Of a stretch of DNA of 64,000 nucleotides, positions 28,881-39,187 are shown piece by piece; position 1 is the stretch's first letter; every line of letters begins with the position of its first letter. The position numbers and the translations under genes were made by a program. The stretch spans positions 11,101 through 75,100 of IMG/VR virus record IMGVR_UViG_3300015371_000017; one strand, 5' to 3'. The notes beneath the pieces are model-generated. The model saw only the letters and a program-made list of their open reading frames with translations, searched no databases and had not been told where the DNA came from. Source of the DNA: a virus.

Positions 28881-30791
28881 CTATTTAAGCGGCTGGCCCC
28901 AGCAGTCAACCTCTTTTGGCGCGTCCTGCTTCACGGTCTTCCTTGCTAACCACAAAGCTAACTCTGCGCTCATTGCTGCTCGGCTAGGATCGACATCAGA
29001 TCGCTTCTGTAGCTCATCAAATCTGTACCCAGCGGGTATTGCCGCCTGAAGTTTCTGCGCTGGTGTCATACCCACACTTATTGGCCCAAAAGTTACCATC
29101 AGCATTCTCGTGGCGTCGCAAGAATCCTCGTCTTTCTTCATCGGCTGTTCAACCGTCATTCCTGATTTCGTCTCTTCAACCTTGCGCGACTTCCATTTGT
29201 AGGATTGATCGCGATGGGTTTTTAGTCCTAAGTCATCTTTAAGGCGCGCCACTGGAAACTGATCGGAGATCGTAATATCAAACCATGAGGGGCATCCGAT
29301 CTTCCACAATCCGTCCAGCTCCTTTTCATCTCTATGAAACGGGTGCGGCCTTTTTCTGTCAGGATATAAGTAGTGACGCCATTGAGACACACCAGCCCAT
29401 TTATCGCTGTCGCAAGGCTGAAAATGCCATCCTAATTCTTCGTTTAGCGTAATTCGTTCGCCTCGTTTCTCGTGCGACATGAATTGACGTTCTATTTTCT
29501 CATCAGGCCACATTCTTGCCCGCACTTGAGGCTCCATTGTGTTGAGACTGGTATTTGTAAATACACAGCCACGATAGCGAAAAATGCTCCCCGCTAACGG
29601 ATAACCCTCCGGAACTTTTGTTAAAAACGTCCACGCTGTTTGGTGTCCGGTCGTAAAACCCAAATCAAGTCCGACATCGCAAGCCCACTCAGACGGTATA
29701 CGACGTACTCCGTACAACGCCTCGAACTGATCCCAAGTAATTAGATGGGTCTTATTAGCCCGATCATCATACTCTGGCAAAACTCGGTCAATCTGTTCAC
29801 CGGAAAAATCGTGTTGGTACTCCGCCACGAACCCTTCGTATCCAGAACGATCCAGAAACGATTGACATTCAGCCATATCGATAAACGGCCACGTTGGTGT
29901 ACCTCCTACAATCACACTACGCGGCCCTTTGTCTGTCTGTTGATGCTCAATTTCAATTTCATCAAACGCCTTGATCGGATTGTCTCCGCGACGTAACGCA
30001 AGAATATCCGTTTGCCGAGTGTGTATCCGATTGAGAACCGAATTTGAGTGAATGAGATTCTGGGCAAAAACTACTTTGGTTCTTGCTGTGCCCATCGGCA
30101 AAATCTTTTTAGATATGCGCTTCTCTTTTTTAAGGATAACTTCTGGCGAGTCATCATCATCGTCAATGTCGTCAAGGATGATAAGCGACACACGAGTATC
30201 CCCACGCTTCCAACCACGAATTGCTTTATCCAAACCTACGGGCCGCACAGCCCACCCGTTACCCGTCATTAGATAATCTTGCCGCCAACCGTAGGCCGCG
30301 CCTTTGCCCTTTTTGTGCTCGCCAATTTCCGGCTTTTGCATCCCCGGATAAGCACGAGATAATTCACCCTCTGCTTCAATACGCTCTCGAATGGCCTCTA
30401 CGTGCGCTTCCGCTTGTTCCGCCGTGCCCGATACATACAATACAAACCCTTTTCCAATTAGGCATCCTTCGGCTATTGCAAGCCATTCTGCGTTTGTGCT
30501 TTTTCCTAAACCACGCCCCCATATTGCGAGATAAGTCAGGTCTTCCAAATCCATCGCTTGCCCTGCGCGTTGTTTGTTAGTAAGCGGCCAATACCAATCC
30601 CATATATCGCGATGGAAATCAGAGAAATCCCCACTGAAACTATGCGGCCCAAGAGTCTTCAGCCACGTCTCCCACCCTTGTCTCTCAAGTAACGCTCCCT
30701 TCGACGGACGAAACTGCCCACTTGCTCGTATCCGCAGGACTTCTTTTTGAATCTCTCTGAGTGTTTCAGGCTTCATCACATTCAACGTCAA
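28881..30791 (-). CDS. terL: Terminase large subunit
   Basis: Walker A GRGLGKST, Walker B IILDD, nuclease GLDLG and DEDSCDATR. Confidence 0.9.
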   Translation of the reverse strand: MTLNVMKPETLREIQKEVLRIRASGQFRPSKGALLERQGWETWLKTLGPHSFSGDFSDFHRDIWDWYWPLTNKQRAGQAMDLEDLTYLAIWGRGLGKSTNAEWLAIAEGCLIGKGFVLYVSGTAEQAEAHVEAIRERIEAEGELSRAYPGMQKPEIGEHKKGKGAAYGWRQDYLMTGNGWAVRPVGLDKAIRGWKRGDTRVSLIILDDIDDDDDSPEVILKKEKRISKKILPMGTARTKVVFAQNLIHSNSVLNRIHTRQTDILALRRGDNPIKAFDEIEIEHQQTDKGPRSVIVGGTPTWPFIDMAECQSFLDRSGYEGFVAEYQHDFSGEQIDRVLPEYDDRANKTHLITWDQFEALYGVRRIPSEWACDVGLDLGFTTGHQTAWTFLTKVPEGYPLAGSIFRYRGCVFTNTSLNTMEPQVRARMWPDEKIERQFMSHEKRGERITLNEELGWHFQPCDSDKWAGVSQWRHYLYPDRKRPHPFHRDEKELDGLWKIGCPSWFDITISDQFPVARLKDDLGLKTHRDQSYKWKSRKVEETKSGMTVEQPMKKDEDSCDATRMLMVTFGPISVGMTPAQKLQAAIPAGYRFDELQKRSDVDPSRAAMSAELALWLARKTVKQDAPKEVDCWGQPLK

Positions 30792-31034
30792 TCGTCACTA
30801 AATTTCTCGTGTGATAAATTTTCTTGCCTCGGATCGTGTACAGATAAAGATGCCGTAGAGCCATCTGATTTCCATTCATCAACATTTGAATCTCAGATTC
30901 ATGCAAAGCTCCGCGACGCAATGGAGTTCCATCTCCATCGTCATAGACGTTTCCATATTTAACTATTTTCAGGGATGTACTTGAACTCGGATGAGTTGGA
31001 AGGTCTGCGCCGTTTACGAGAGGTTCTGTTTCAT

Positions 31035-31790
31035 TCATCCCACGCACGGATTCCACCTGCGAGTGAGTGCAGGCCCAGAAAAGTTAAGCGCCGCCGCCTC
31101 GAATTGCCGTGTCAGTTCTCTTTCTTCTGCCGACAAGCTCAGCATCAGTCCTTGACGGCGTTCTGCGTTGTAAGCACGGCCATCTTTCGAATCAGCCGCA
31201 TCCCACTCTGTGAGCGGGAGTAAAGCAAGAGCACTCCGTACTTCTATCAGGTCTGCGTCTTCTGACCACTCTGGCGAACTTGAAAGCGAGTCCGTGTATG
31301 TTCCTGAATTATTCTGAAGATACTTAATTTGATACTGAGCCACCAAAAGAGGAAGTGGTTGAATTTCAATGAATGCCTGATTGTTTCGCCAATAGAACGC
31401 CACTCTCTGCGCAGTGCAATTCGATCCATCGTAAGGAATAAAAGCTGCCGCTGCGATGTTTGTCGGCCATCCCCAATCTAGCGGCATGTTCTGAGGTTGA
31501 AAGAACGGAATCAGTCGCGGAATCCACGTCACCAAATTAGGCGCGTAAGTAATCACCGCTAGAGGCGTTCCGAAATCAGCAGCGGTAATCTGATAAGTTG
31601 CCAAATTCGGCCGAACTGAGATTATCAGATCGTTGTAATTCCAGACGTTTCCAGTGTTGTGCTTATGTCGGAGGATCGTGCGCGTCTGCGTCATCACTTG
31701 ATTAAGGATGGCGTAGTACGAAGGACGCTGCGCTCTGGGGTCGCCAAGGCGCAGCATCACATTCGAGCACATTTCTTCGATGTTAGGCAT
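31035..31790 (-). CDS. Head-tail adaptor / tail tubular A-like protein
   Basis: N-terminal helix V.LRLGD, VRPNLATYQI, IEIQPLP...YQIKY pattern. Confidence 0.55.
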   Translation of the reverse strand: MPNIEEMCSNVMLRLGDPRAQRPSYYAILNQVMTQTRTILRHKHNTGNVWNYNDLIISVRPNLATYQITAADFGTPLAVITYAPNLVTWIPRLIPFFQPQNMPLDWGWPTNIAAAAFIPYDGSNCTAQRVAFYWRNNQAFIEIQPLPLLVAQYQIKYLQNNSGTYTDSLSSSPEWSEDADLIEVRSALALLPLTEWDAADSKDGRAYNAERRQGLMLSLSAEERELTRQFEAAALNFSGPALTRRWNPCVG

Positions 31791-32982
31791 TCTTCTTTAG
31801 TTCACACCATTTTCGCTCGTGAAGTGCAAGGCCTTGAGCGGTTGGGAAACTCTTACCGCAGTCACAATCAAAACTTGGCGTTTCGTCCGTGGCTGTTGCC
31901 GCCATCGTGTCCTTGTTCACGGGCACATAATGCGCTTTAACATCATCAACCGAGAACTCTTCGCCAACAATGCCAGCAGCTTGTAGACGCTCTGTTGGGG
32001 TCACTGGAACGTCTGCCCTCTGAGCTTTCCGTTCCTCGGCAATGGCCTTTGCCTCTTCAAGCTGAAGCGCGACTAGTTCCTTCTGCATCTGAGCAAGTTC
32101 AGCATCGCCTTGTGGGGCGACTTGAACGCTCTTGCGAATGTTAATGTCTTGTCGCTCCATTCCTAGCTGTTCCAATAGAACAAAATCCAAATCACTGTAT
32201 TGAGGAATGTAGCCAGTTTGAGACTTCGCTCCCAACTCCCTCATCATGTAATGCTTCTGCTCTACTGTTGCCGCGGCATAGTTCCGAAAAGCCGAAAGAG
32301 AACTCAGCATCTCGTCAATGATCGGGCGAAGCAGAGTATTACTTTGCGCAGTAAGGAGAATGTCTTCCGTCTCGTTCAAGAGAACAGGAATGAGCGGCCA
32401 CTTCGGGAAGATCGTGGTTTGAATCTTCCAAATCTCAGGATCGTGGTTTATCCCGTTACCTAAATCAGTTGGATTGTAGGGCTGCCCTCGGAGTGTCTTT
32501 AATTCCACGATGCCCATGTTGCGTCGCATCAGCGCATTGGAGCTTCCATTCACAATCGCATTGATTTGATCGGCGGGATAGGCCATCTTGCCGTACATTG
32601 GTTGAATGACAGATTTTGCCCCTGACTCGTCCTTATCCGGCGCGACGTACCCTTGAGGAACGGGACGAAGGAAAAAACTCTGATCGCTATCAGTGGCTTT
32701 CCTCCAATAATCTTGCGTCACCCAGTTATGAGTGTCTTTCAGAACCGGAGTAACTCGACCTTTACGAAGGAAGTGCTTAACGAACTTGAGACAAGAATTG
32801 TGAACCTCTATCCCGCCGTACTTAGTCCACCAGCGGTTTTGGGCAATCTCCGCTGTAATAGTCGATCCTAAGACCGTAACGAAATGCGGAGCTTCGCGGT
32901 CGCGGGATAGTTGGGGTGGTTCAAAAGGCGTCCCTTCGATAGGATAACCTTCGCTAATCTGTCTCTCAATAACGGCTGACAT
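31783..32982 (-). CDS. Hypothetical protein with C-terminal C2H2-like zinc finger
   Basis: CDCGKSFPTAQGLALHERKWC. Confidence 0.6.
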   Translation of the reverse strand: MSAVIERQISEGYPIEGTPFEPPQLSRDREAPHFVTVLGSTITAEIAQNRWWTKYGGIEVHNSCLKFVKHFLRKGRVTPVLKDTHNWVTQDYWRKATDSDQSFFLRPVPQGYVAPDKDESGAKSVIQPMYGKMAYPADQINAIVNGSSNALMRRNMGIVELKTLRGQPYNPTDLGNGINHDPEIWKIQTTIFPKWPLIPVLLNETEDILLTAQSNTLLRPIIDEMLSSLSAFRNYAAATVEQKHYMMRELGAKSQTGYIPQYSDLDFVLLEQLGMERQDINIRKSVQVAPQGDAELAQMQKELVALQLEEAKAIAEERKAQRADVPVTPTERLQAAGIVGEEFSVDDVKAHYVPVNKDTMAATATDETPSFDCDCGKSFPTAQGLALHERKWCELKKNA

Positions 32983-32991
32983 ATTCCTCCT

Positions 32992-33759
32992 TCAGTTTGG
33001 CAGTAACAAACCGGAATTTGATTCTTTGAATCCGCTGGTTGACACTGGCTTCCGTTTCCAGTGATCCAGCATAAACTCATTCAATGCGCGATCTTCTTCA
33101 ATCTTCTTTTGCTGGCCTTCAATCAGTTGCGATCTTAATTTCATTTGCGCCCGTGCGGATTCTAAATGTCTAATGTCTTGAGTGGGATTAACATCTGGGT
33201 CACGTAATGCTTCCCATGATGTTTTTCTGATCCAATCAAGTAACCTTTCATTTGGTTCTAAGTATCGCCCCCAGCAATGAAAATACTCAGGCCCACATTT
33301 ACATTCATCTCCAAGACACGGACAGCACTTGCCGTCATGGTAGCACCATGCTTTCAGTTCGACATATCTTTCTGTCGGGCATGGCCCTGCCCAATCCCAT
33401 AATCGCAGAGTCTCACCGTCTGCTCCGTACATCGAATAACGAGTTGCTTCCCACGTCGGAGCGTATTGCTCAGGTTCGATTCTTTCCAAGAGAACCCAAC
33501 GGGGAGCAGAAACTTCGTTCCCTTCCGAATCGTGATAGGCAATGAAGATCGGAAAAGTGTAGCCATGAGGCTCTGTGCCGTGAGGGTACGGACGCCAGCG
33601 TAATTCCTCTGGTGCCCACGCAAGCTTAATGATGCTGCGGCCATCCCTCGTGCCGACGATTTGATCAATCAGCCTTTGGTAGGCCGCAACATCGAAATTA
33701 GACGGGCGCGGTTCGTTGGGAACCCAGCGTTCCGCGCCGTCCTGTGGTGCTAGTTTCAT
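32992..33759 (-). CDS. Hypothetical protein (Cys cluster)
   Basis: 255-aa ORF downstream of the capsid genes. Confidence 0.55.
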   Translation of the reverse strand: MKLAPQDGAERWVPNEPRPSNFDVAAYQRLIDQIVGTRDGRSIIKLAWAPEELRWRPYPHGTEPHGYTFPIFIAYHDSEGNEVSAPRWVLLERIEPEQYAPTWEATRYSMYGADGETLRLWDWAGPCPTERYVELKAWCYHDGKCCPCLGDECKCGPEYFHCWGRYLEPNERLLDWIRKTSWEALRDPDVNPTQDIRHLESARAQMKLRSQLIEGQQKKIEEDRALNEFMLDHWKRKPVSTSGFKESNSGLLLPN

Positions 33760-34007
33760 GGGAAGCCGATAATCCTCAGAGTCTCACTTCCGGTTAGAGA
33801 CGCGCCGCTAATGCTCGCCGTCTGTCCGCTGAACGTAACGACAAACGGCCCTAGAGCGCGAATCGGTTGTTTCACGAATTTTGTAACATAGCTACCGCTC
33901 GTGTCACCACTCCCAGTCACGGTTACGTCTTCGTAAATCATTCCTGAGCCGTCGTTGTTCTGTCCCGGCCCCGGCTGGTAGGAAGCTAACGCAGTTGTAT
34001 ATGACAT
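33756..34007 (-). CDS. Putative capsid decoration protein
   Basis: 83 aa, beta-rich, directly after the capsid gene, strong GGAGG RBS. Confidence 0.45.
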   Translation of the reverse strand: MSYTTALASYQPGPGQNNDGSGMIYEDVTVTGSGDTSGSYVTKFVKQPIRALGPFVVTFSGQTASISGASLTGSETLRIIGFP

Positions 34008-34018
34008 CGTTATCCTCC

Positions 34019-35314
34019 TTACGCGCCCATGCCAACGTCAACCTGGCGGACAATGTTTGTACTTGAAGCCCGTTTGACTGTACTCACCGCGAGTGGTTTG
34101 TTCAAGCCAATAGTCCAACTTGTTCCCCACATGCGGTAGTAGTTGCGCGAACCAGTCAGGTTTACGCCGGGAAGATTTCGCCACTGGAGGTTGTCAGGTT
34201 GAATGTCGCCAAACGCGAACTCAGTGCCCTTTTCCAATGCGTCACCCTTGAAGAACGAGGAACGATCCTCTTCCCAGTTGGACATTTCAAGAATGCGAGT
34301 ACCGTCAGCGTCTTTGTAGCCACCAGCGATGTCTACTACAGGTTCATCACCGCCGGTGCGATGGAAACCATAACCCTGCACTCTCAAATCAGACATTAGG
34401 CCGGGAGTGACGAGATTCGTTAATCCCGCTCTCGCCCCCTTGTCGATGTTGAGAACGACTAATTGGGTTTTGACCTTCTCCCGATCCGAAACCGTGAACT
34501 TCGTGCCATTCAAATCAATCGACGGACAGTTAAGAACTGTGTCCACCGAAGTATCGCGGCCTTGGAAAATCCGGTTGTTGTCGTCAATACATCCCGAAAC
34601 ACCCATCGGCGCGGCCATATATCCGCCTACGTCACAGATCGGATTTCCCGACGTAACGACACCGGACAAAAGCGTAACCGTAGCTTGGGTTTTGTTATTT
34701 GACGACGTAACCAGAATCGTTCCTTCAGGAAGTCCGGTGGTTGTATCGAAACTCTGATAATACTGATTCTGCTTCAGTCTCACCGCGCCCTTGGTGTGGC
34801 CCGGTGTGGCGTCTGCTGAAGTATCACAGGTCAAAGTCTGTCCTGCGCCCACTACGGTCAGCGAAGCAGACGAATAAGCCAAAGCGCCCGTACCGTCACC
34901 ACAAGCGAAGAACTCCTGATGTTGGGCGGCAGCGTCAACGGTCTGCTTAACAATCTCTTGGATATTAAACATTGCGTTGGCTTTCTTTGGGCCGCGATCT
35001 CCTCCAGCATCCACCATCAAAAGATAGTCGATAACCATTGAGATCGAATACATCTGCGGGACAACCCACATCGAGTCTGACTGACTTGGAATTGCCCGAT
35101 TGTTATCCGGCGAAGCAAGAGTCGGTAGGGAATGCCCTCCTGCTTGGGTTTTCACGAAGTAGTACCGCCAACCCCGTTGAGAGGTTTCGACGGCGTTAGT
35201 GATCTCACCGATTGAATTCCACAAGGGGGCAGCAAGCACCGACCAATCTTGCGAGCGAATAAGCTGCTGGGCGTAGAAATCGACCCAGTTGTTTACACTA
35301 TCAACTTCTGGCAT
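34019..35314 (-). CDS. Major capsid protein
   Basis: 431 aa, FFACGDGTGALA and GVSGCID motifs typical of P22-coat-like capsids. Follows the scaffold gene with an AAGGAG RBS. Confidence 0.75.
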   Translation of the reverse strand: MPEVDSVNNWVDFYAQQLIRSQDWSVLAAPLWNSIGEITNAVETSQRGWRYYFVKTQAGGHSLPTLASPDNNRAIPSQSDSMWVVPQMYSISMVIDYLLMVDAGGDRGPKKANAMFNIQEIVKQTVDAAAQHQEFFACGDGTGALAYSSASLTVVGAGQTLTCDTSADATPGHTKGAVRLKQNQYYQSFDTTTGLPEGTILVTSSNNKTQATVTLLSGVVTSGNPICDVGGYMAAPMGVSGCIDDNNRIFQGRDTSVDTVLNCPSIDLNGTKFTVSDREKVKTQLVVLNIDKGARAGLTNLVTPGLMSDLRVQGYGFHRTGGDEPVVDIAGGYKDADGTRILEMSNWEEDRSSFFKGDALEKGTEFAFGDIQPDNLQWRNLPGVNLTGSRNYYRMWGTSWTIGLNKPLAVSTVKRASSTNIVRQVDVGMGA

Positions 35315-35325
35315 TTGATTGCTCC

Positions 35326-36903
35326 TTATCCGAATTGACGCTCAATTTCCTGTCGTGTCAGAAATATCTGACCCGCAGGGCGTTGAGCGGGGGCGGTTGC
35401 CGGATTGAAGCCTGTACCGTTTACCGGGGGTCGCACCGTAGCCGCGCCGTTCAAGGTAGAGTTGTAGTTGCCAGCTTTCATCTCAAAGAAATCACTCAAC
35501 AGGGCTTTCACCGCTTTAGTAATGGCATTTCCATTACCCTTCAGGTTACTGGCGGCTTTACGAGCGTTGGACTGTAATGTTCCCAGCCCGCCCGGTACGT
35601 TACCATTCTGCCCATAACCTAATTGCCCTGCGTCACGAGTGTTGTTCGCGTACTCTTGTCTTGCTGCGTTGAACTTCTGAAGTATTTCATCAGTTACTCC
35701 CAGTCCCTTGAGTACGTCTTGAGCAAGCCAAGATGTATCAGGAACAGAAAGCGCGGCAGTGACTAGAGCCACGAAGTTTCCTACACCCGCATTTACCTGT
35801 TGAGCTTTTTGATTGAACTGCGCCACTGCCTCCGGCCCCATCTTTTGTGCCTCCGGGGACTGAGGATCGATCGGCGCGATGAATTTGCTGTTCTCTACAA
35901 CATTATCGCGATACTCGGTAAACAACTGCCTAAACCCTTCTTCCACAGCTTTGTGCCCAGCCTCTTCCGCTTGTTGGGCGTGATAGGCTTCGGCTCGTTG
36001 CTGTCGCTGGGTCTCAATTTCCCTCGCCTTCCGATTTTCCTCTTTCGTTTGGAATTGGTCTTGTTTCTCCTCAAGATATTCCTTAATGAATTCGGGATCG
36101 TTTAGCTTTAGGGATTGCCGCTTATCGTAAGGCAAATCTTTGTAGACTTTCTGTAGTGCCTCCTCTTGCGGAGTTAGGTTATCAGGGTCTACAGCGATTG
36201 CCGCCGTAATTTGCGACATCTCTTGTTCAGTTGCTTGCCAAGTTGGTGCTATCGAAGTCGGTTCAACCCCACCCAAGAGTTTTAATGCCGCTGCGCGTCT
36301 TTCTGGATCGCGTCGCATTTCTTCCAGCGCCAGATCAATTCGGGGAATCTCTCGCCCATCGTCGGTACGAGTGAGTCCATTCATTAAATCTGCGGCTAGA
36401 TAGTCTGCGACTAAAGGATCGCGTTGCGCTAACTCTTGAGCTACCTTTTCAGTGGCGGGAACAAGTTGACCATCAACCCGTTCGTATGTACCGAAAAGCT
36501 TGTCATGCCACTCAACGGCTGCTTGGAGTTCTTCAGAAGTCTGAAACCGATCTAAAATCGGTTCAGCTATCTTTAGTTTCTCTGCTTGCTCGCTAAGTTG
36601 GGGTTTGAAAGTCTGTTCAATAGCTTGCCGCATCTGTACCAGCGACTTTTTGTACTGAAGATTGTCATCTAACTGGTTGAGTTCGTCTAATGACGGAACA
36701 CCAGCGAGAATGTCATCTTCAGTTGTCGTGGTTTGAGTTGCGGTTCCTTGAACATTGGCGGTCGTATCGTGACCTTGCGATTGCTCCGTAGGTTGTGGAG
36801 CGCCAGATGTATCCGTTGTGGAGCTTGGCGTGTACTCCCCGCCTGTTGAGGCGGCAACGTCGGACTGTACGTTGGGTGCGCCAATAGAACTTTCTACTTG
36901 CAC
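35326..36903 (-). CDS. Capsid scaffolding protein
   Basis: Disordered acidic N-terminus, coiled-coil core, upstream of the capsid gene. TTGCGT-N18-TATCGT lies 7 nt before GTG 36903. Confidence 0.6.
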   Translation of the reverse strand: MQVESSIGAPNVQSDVAASTGGEYTPSSTTDTSGAPQPTEQSQGHDTTANVQGTATQTTTTEDDILAGVPSLDELNQLDDNLQYKKSLVQMRQAIEQTFKPQLSEQAEKLKIAEPILDRFQTSEELQAAVEWHDKLFGTYERVDGQLVPATEKVAQELAQRDPLVADYLAADLMNGLTRTDDGREIPRIDLALEEMRRDPERRAAALKLLGGVEPTSIAPTWQATEQEMSQITAAIAVDPDNLTPQEEALQKVYKDLPYDKRQSLKLNDPEFIKEYLEEKQDQFQTKEENRKAREIETQRQQRAEAYHAQQAEEAGHKAVEEGFRQLFTEYRDNVVENSKFIAPIDPQSPEAQKMGPEAVAQFNQKAQQVNAGVGNFVALVTAALSVPDTSWLAQDVLKGLGVTDEILQKFNAARQEYANNTRDAGQLGYGQNGNVPGGLGTLQSNARKAASNLKGNGNAITKAVKALLSDFFEMKAGNYNSTLNGAATVRPPVNGTGFNPATAPAQRPAGQIFLTRQEIERQFG

Positions 36904-37015
36904 GGCCAAGACGATACACTTGTTTACTAAGAAAACGCAATACTCTTTTCGGGCTGTGTTGAATTGACCCTAGAGGAAGGGTAGATAGAAAGGTGTTAGT
37001 TCGTGGAATCCTCAG

Positions 37016-38413
37016 TTAGTAAACCCGATTCCGGCTCTGATAAGCGCGGCACACATGAAGAAAATCACGGCGGCGATCACCAGCAAGGATAACAGGCGCA
37101 AACGAATCGCCAAGATACCGACGTAAACGCCAAGGCTGCCCATCAGTGCGGCAAGAATAAAAAGTGACAGGGACTTCATTGTTTCTCTCTAGCTGCAATT
37201 AGAGCACAGACAGCACGCTCAAGTTCGACGCTGAATCCGTATTTCGATAGCGGTTCATTGTTGCGCGCTGCTGCGTACTTACAGGCTATCGCCGCCTCGA
37301 TTACTGCTTCTTCTTTCCCGCGCAACGTATCAGGATGGCTGGGGAATCGACGTTCGTGTTCAGGGATGTCAAATATGCTCTGGCTCATTCGGTTACGTAC
37401 TCCGCATCTAAAATATCTTCGAGAACTATTTCAGGCCACTCATCTTCTTGCGGAAAATGTCGCGCATGAAGTTCGATCACTTGCCGTGCGTAGTATTCTT
37501 GCAGATCGCGCCAATAGTCGCCAGGGTCTAGGTAGGCCATCACGTTAGCCCCGGAACATCACGCCTGATAGGTTGGCGATTTCCATGCGGTCAAACATGT
37601 CCGGTACGAACGGGGCAGCTTCGACGTACCAACACAACTCTCCGCCCGTAAGGTCATGCCATAACTCATAACACTCACGCATTATCTCAAGTTGCAGTTC
37701 GTAAATATTTATTCCACCCATTTTTACCTCGCCGTTTACAATTTCCAAGATGAGTGCTCATTTAACTTATGCTCCGATGGCTCAGAGTGATCTAAGCCGC
37801 GTGGTTCCATTGGTGAACGCGAATCGATGTAAACAACGGGATCGCCGGATACACAGTCAGTGCTTAGCTGAATTTCGCGCTCGCCGACAACTTCCGCATA
37901 GCCTTGATTTGTGATCGCGAACTTTACAAAATCAAGTTTCTGATCATTCGGCGGAAAGACGCGAACGACACAAGAACCGTCTGGTTCAGGATGGTCGCCT
38001 ACTAATGCGCCGAAGTGCTGAATTGTTTGCTCCAACGCTTTAGGATTTGGCGTCCTAACGAGTAATTCTTTCATTTCTCAGCGTCCTTTGGTGGTATTAT
38101 TCATTGGTTCTTTGAATCGGCAAAGGTTGAAATTCGCGTCGCACTTTTTGCAGAACCAAACCGGATTAGCAATGCCAGATCGCGCCAAGTCGTTATGCAG
38201 ACAGTCAACGGACGGGAGCGCGATGTCGGGCTGGATTTCTGCTTCAATTATCGGCGCAACGATTTCCACGAACGCATCCGCGATGTCGCCAAAGTCTGAA
38301 GCATTGCCCAAGAGAGCGCGGGTTATTTCGTGAATCGGCGCACCTGTGACGTGGCTCTGATTTAAGGCGTAGGCGATTTCAAAAGCTGCTTGTTGTGATG
38401 GTTGTCGGCTCAT
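37016..38413 (-). CDS. Cluster of small hypothetical ORFs (37176-37388, 37385-37540, 37545-37748, 37736-38074, 38078-38413)
   Basis: Tightly coupled short ORFs. No recognisable families. Confidence 0.45.
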
Positions 38414-38817
38414 TTCATCCCCTCACACTGCTTACAACCGGGAACAGGCCGAACTCCTGAGTGCATCGCGTGCGGTCTCACCCGTCCCTGAGAATCTAAC
38501 GCTTGCTCCGCCGATCCAATACCGTGATTTTCCGGCAATGGCAGTGGCTCAGTCGCGGAGTCGGAAGGGTTAAAATTTACCGCAACACTCTTCTTCTTCG
38601 CGCGACCAACCGTAATCGTTCCCTTAACAGGGGGCGCGCCAGTTTTCCAACTCTCAGGCGTAACGTCTCTCAACTCTCCCGCCACCAATCGAATCGCCTT
38701 CGACGGCATCCCTAAAGCCTGACGCAAAAGCTGATTCGCAGAAAGCTCATGCGCCTGCACTGCTTTCCATACCTCATCCTCGATCCGAAACGACCTGCTT
38801 CTTAGCTCGGTTGCCAT
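38410..38817 (-). CDS. Ribbon-helix-helix-like regulator
   Basis: RSRSFRIEDEVWKAV...SANQLLRQAL. Promoter TAGACA-N18-TACGGT carries TACCGT/ACGGT repeats. Likely start is ATG 38817. Confidence 0.5.
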   Translation of the reverse strand: MATELRSRSFRIEDEVWKAVQAHELSANQLLRQALGMPSKAIRLVAGELRDVTPESWKTGAPPVKGTITVGRAKKKSVAVNFNPSDSATEPLPLPENHGIGSAEQALDSQGRVRPHAMHSGVRPVPGCKQCEGMK

Positions 38818-39053
38818 ACCGTCACACCGTAACACAGTCCTACGGTAGCTGTCTATGTCTTATTTCGTATGCCCTCTCGTGGAAATCAGTGGAAAACGCC
38901 CTATAGCGAAGTCGTGGTGAAAGAGTCCCGGCTTGCGAAACCCGGCATGGCCTCCAACTATCCGCCAGCAGGGAAGATCAAGGTGGCAGGGGGCCTGAGT
39001 AGCTTAGTATCAGTAGGTTAGCGACACTATGGCCGCACGGCACACAGCTATCT

Positions 39054-39081
39054 GCGTCTGATAATGTCCATTATGTAAAGG
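39054..39081 (+). other. dif-like XerC/XerD recombination site
   Basis: GCGTCTGATAA-TGTCCA-TTATGTAAAGG, 11-6-11 layout, compared with E. coli dif GGTGCGCATAA-TGTATA-TTATGTTAAAT. Confidence 0.6.
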
Positions 39082-39187
39082 GTGTTAAACGAGCTAACTG
39101 GCTGAGGCTATTAGGGTTGGCTGTGTACGGTGTTGACATAATCTCGATTTGCCGACCCAGAAGTGTTGAAACCACAATAGGTAGTAG

